Below, in pieces: positions 61,354 through 64,000 of a DNA stretch of 64,000 nucleotides. This DNA is from a virus. Made by a program: the position numbers and the translations under genes. The notes beneath the pieces were generated by a model. That model was not told the origin of the DNA. It made no database searches and saw only the letters and a program-made list of their open reading frames with translations. The stretch covers positions 1 to 64,000 of the IMG/VR virus record IMGVR_UViG_3300017613_002264. One strand, written 5' to 3'. Numbering within the stretch: position 1 is the first letter of the stretch; each line of letters opens with the position of its first letter.

Positions 61354-64000
61354 ATGGTGAGGAAACGAAGAGTGAGAAAACCGAAAAAGGTTAAGAAGAA
61401 AAAGTCCAAACGAGTGGTTGTCCCAAAAGCAAAAACTACTCGCCAGCAAGCAAGATTTATGACCACGAATAAGCGAGTATTGAGAAAATTCGGGCGTATT
61501 ACACATAGGACTGGTGCCCATGGTAGTAGGCAGCGTTGGAAAGACCCAGTTGGCGCAACGACTACCACTACTACGACCACAAGCATAAGTACAACTACTT
61601 CTCTCCCTCTGGTTACTACGACAACGACAACGACATTGCCGGTTACAACTACTTCAACTACAACGACGTTGCCAGCCACGACAACCACTACGACCACTAC
61701 GTTGCCAGTCACTACTACCACTACTACGACTACGACAACGACCACAACTACTACAACCACTACGACTGCGGCACCTCCGGCTCCGGTGAGTACTTTGTTT
61801 ACTTGTGGTGAAAGTGATCGAGGTCAAATTGGACATGGAGATCTCGTTAGCCGTAGTAGTCCTACTCAAATTGGAGCAGACACAGACTGGGATGATGTTT
61901 CAGTCGGCTTTGATTATATGACAGCTATTAAAGATGGTGAACTCTACTCATGGGGATATAATAATTGGGGAAGTTTAGGTCTTGGAGATGTTACTAATCG
62001 TAGTAGTCCAGTACAAGTTGGATTACTCACTGATTGGAAATCTGTCTGGAACGGAAGCAGTGCGTCATCGGCTTTAAAAGATGATGGAAGTCTTTGGATG
62101 TGGGGGTATAATCAGGATGGAGAACTTGGATTAGGAAATGCTGGAGCTGGTACTTATAGATCATCGCCTGTTCAAGTTGGAGCACTTACAGACTGGTCAA
62201 AGGTTAGGCCAGGGAAAGGTGTCACTTTAGCAATTAAAGACAATGGAACCTTATGGACTTGGGGTAGTAATTCAAATGGAGGATTCGGTTCAGGGGAACC
62301 TACATCAACTAAATACTCATCTCCTGTTCAAGTAGGCGCATTAACTACTTGGGCTGATTTGGCAGTTAGTCACCAATCAAATACTTTTTGTGCAGCAGTA
62401 AAGACTGACGGAACACTCTGGACTTGGGGTGAGAATTTCTATGGCCAGTTAGGACATAATAATAGGACTGATATTTCTCTTGCTACTCAAGTTGGAGCAC
62501 TTACAGACTGGGCAAAGGTTTCTTGCGGGGATTATCATCTTCTCGCTATCAAAACAGATGGTTCATTATGGGCATGTGGTTCTGGTCAAGCAGGATGTAC
62601 AGGATTAGGCCATACTAATAATGTCTCATCTCCAGTACAAGTAGGCTCGGATACAGACTGGGATGATGTTGCGGCAGGAACTTTTGTTTCTCTCGCTATC
62701 AAAACTGATGGAAGTGTTTACTCATGGGGTAGTAATAATAATGGTGAACTTGGACAAGGTGATACTACCGGAAGATCAACGCCAGTACAAGTTGGATTAC
62801 TCACTGATTGGGCGGTTATTTCAACTGATGGTACTGCGTCGGCATTTTTAAGCGTGATTCCCATAACCACTACAACCACTACGACAACTACAACCACTAC
62901 GACCACTACGTTGCCAGTCACTACAACCACTACGACTGCGGCACCTCTTGTTGAAACAACCTTGTGGGCTTGTGGAGATAATTGGGATGGTCAATTAGGC
63001 CAAGGCACAAGTGGGAACACCGATGTTTCCTCACCCGTACAAGTAGGTGCATTGAGTAATTGGGAATCTATTAAAGTTAGCGGAAACGGCATAAGTCAAT
63101 TAGCAATTAAAGACGGTGAACTCTGGGCATGGGGAGCAAATACCTATGGCCAATTAGGCCAAGGAAATATAACTTCATATTCCTCTCCCGTGCAGGTTGG
63201 AGCAGGAACAGACTGGGCAATAGTTGACATAGGTAGTAATGGAGCAGTACTCGCTATTAAAGATGATGGAACCTTATGGTCATGGGGGAACAATGGCAAT
63301 GGAGAATTAGGACAAGGTAATACTACTCATCTCTCCTCACCTGTTCAAATTGGTTCTCTTGATACATGGGAATCAGCAATTGCTTTCTCTTCATCTTGTT
63401 ATGCTATCAAGACCGATGGAACCCTTTGGGCATGGGGTCGTAATAGCGAAGGTCAATTAGGTCAGGGTGAGAACAATAACAAATACTCATCTCCTGTACA
63501 AATCGGTGCGTTAACTACATGGGCAAAAATAAGTAAAGGCAACTCAACTTGGGCTCATTTTATTAAAGACGATGGAACCTTGTGGGCTTGTGGTGCTAAT
63601 GGATATGGAGTACTCGGTACAAATAGTATTACTCCTTACTCATCTCCAGTACAGATTGGAGCAGATACAGACTGGGCTGATGTTTTCTCAGGCACATATC
63701 ATTCCATCGCAGTCAAAACAGATGGTTCACTTTGGGCATGGGGCAGAAGTAATTATGGTCAATTAGGACAAGGAGATGAGACTACTCATTCCTCACCTAT
63801 TCAGGTAGGATTACTCACCGATTGGGAACAACCATCGGTGGGATCATATTCAAATCTTGTTATCAAAACCGATGGTTCATTATGGGCATGGGGAAACAAT
63901 GATCAAGGTCAGTTGTGCCTTGGTAATATTACTCCTTACTCATCTCCAGTTCAAGTAGGAGCAGATACAGACTGGTCTTATGTTTCTGCGGCAGATGCCT
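61354..64000 (+). CDS. RCC1-repeat (beta-propeller) protein with basic N-terminus and two long Thr-rich linkers; 3' end beyond the window
   Basis: This ORF is not in the supplied track. I translated frame 1 from the ATG at 61354 (AAGGAG 8 nt upstream) through to 63999 and saw no stop across 882 codons. It has at least 13 blades of the pattern DG.LW.WG.N..GQLG.G......SSPVQ(V/I)G...DW. Confidence 0.85.
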   Translation, partial: MVRKRRVRKPKKVKKKKSKRVVVPKAKTTRQQARFMTTNKRVLRKFGRITHRTGAHGSRQRWKDPVGATTTTTTTTSISTTTSLPLVTTTTTTTLPVTTTSTTTTLPATTTTTTTTLPVTTTTTTTTTTTTTTTTTTTAAPPAPVSTLFTCGESDRGQIGHGDLVSRSSPTQIGADTDWDDVSVGFDYMTAIKDGELYSWGYNNWGSLGLGDVTNRSSPVQVGLLTDWKSVWNGSSASSALKDDGSLWMWGYNQDGELGLGNAGAGTYRSSPVQVGALTDWSKVRPGKGVTLAIKDNGTLWTWGSNSNGGFGSGEPTSTKYSSPVQVGALTTWADLAVSHQSNTFCAAVKTDGTLWTWGENFYGQLGHNNRTDISLATQVGALTDWAKVSCGDYHLLAIKTDGSLWACGSGQAGCTGLGHTNNVSSPVQVGSDTDWDDVAAGTFVSLAIKTDGSVYSWGSNNNGELGQGDTTGRSTPVQVGLLTDWAVISTDGTASAFLSVIPITTTTTTTTTTTTTTTLPVTTTTTTAAPLVETTLWACGDNWDGQLGQGTSGNTDVSSPVQVGALSNWESIKVSGNGISQLAIKDGELWAWGANTYGQLGQGNITSYSSPVQVGAGTDWAIVDIGSNGAVLAIKDDGTLWSWGNNGNGELGQGNTTHLSSPVQIGSLDTWESAIAFSSSCYAIKTDGTLWAWGRNSEGQLGQGENNNKYSSPVQIGALTTWAKISKGNSTWAHFIKDDGTLWACGANGYGVLGTNSITPYSSPVQIGADTDWADVFSGTYHSIAVKTDGSLWAWGRSNYGQLGQGDETTHSSPIQVGLLTDWEQPSVGSYSNLVIKTDGSLWAWGNNDQGQLCLGNITPYSSPVQVGADTDWSYVSAADA
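61558..61767 (+). repeat. 70-codon Thr-rich linker with repeated T(n)-LP(V/A) units
   Basis: TTTTTTTTSISTTTSLPLVTTTTTTLPVTTTSTTTTLPATTTTTTTTLPVTTTTTTTTTTTTTTTTTTT in the RCC1 ORF. Confidence 0.95.
62866..62937 (+). repeat. Thr-rich linker between the two RCC1 propellers
   Basis: TTTTTTTTTTTTTTTLPVTTTTTT. Confidence 0.95.

Noticed and set aside
61302-61760. Poly-Val - strand ORF and other ORFs over Thr tracts (6851-7091, 8304-8549, 61536-61811, 62718-62930)
   Set aside because: These are alternative or antisense frames of (ACN)n tracts that lie inside long, motif-supported + strand genes.
1-64000. Prophage boundaries, lysogeny module or lysis cassette
   Set aside because: No integrase, repressor pair, att-like repeat, endolysin or clear holin was recognisable. 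The single-TM ORFs (51390-51752 and 56662-56997) are not sufficient to call holins.

Overview
This window is a contiguous piece of a large tailed dsDNA bacteriophage genome. I found no cellular housekeeping genes, rRNA, tRNA, CRISPR array, integrase or attachment site. TAA, TAG and TGA all end well-supported genes, so the standard code applies. There are three transcription blocks. (i) 1-14556 on the + strand holds a tail-tip and host-recognition module: a DUF2460-like, DUF2163/BR0599-like, NlpC/P60 and gpJ-like set in lambda/GTA order, then a 1167-aa fibre with five tandem domains, then glycan-biosynthesis genes. (ii) 14557-52832 on the - strand holds two more glycan genes (GT2 and a sulfotransferase), many tiny Zn-ribbon ORFs and a full replication/recombination module. 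That module contains SbcD nested inside a split SbcC, a FEN, a RecA-like protein, a gp32-like SSB, a clamp loader, a UDG-PolA fusion, a clamp-like protein, a DNA methyltransferase, a DnaB-like helicase, a primase and SF2 helicases. The same block has an accessory cassette region at 40.2-49.0 kb, punctuated by eight copies of a conserved hairpin element and carrying an amidoligase / GATase-II / GGCT / HExxH cluster. A 1.35-kb ORF-free region lies at 49.3-50.7 kb. (iii) 53051-64000 on the + strand holds terS, terL, the portal gene, four small basic paralogues, three virion-type ORFs with Thr tails, and an RCC1-repeat ORF of more than 882 codons. That ORF runs off the window and is missing from the supplied ORF track. 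The leads I rank highest are these. First, a sulfo-glycan island (a UDP-sulfoquinovose-synthase-like SDR, a sulfotransferase, glycosyltransferases and a methyltransferase) occurs together with poly-Thr tracts in seven virion-module ORFs. Second, the eight-copy hairpin element shows compensatory stem changes. Third, the amidoligase cluster. Fourth, the pentamer GAGTA/TACTC is about 4-5-fold over-represented in the three sampled segments, in coding and non-coding DNA alike. All functional calls rest on motif recognition by eye and on synteny; no database search was possible.
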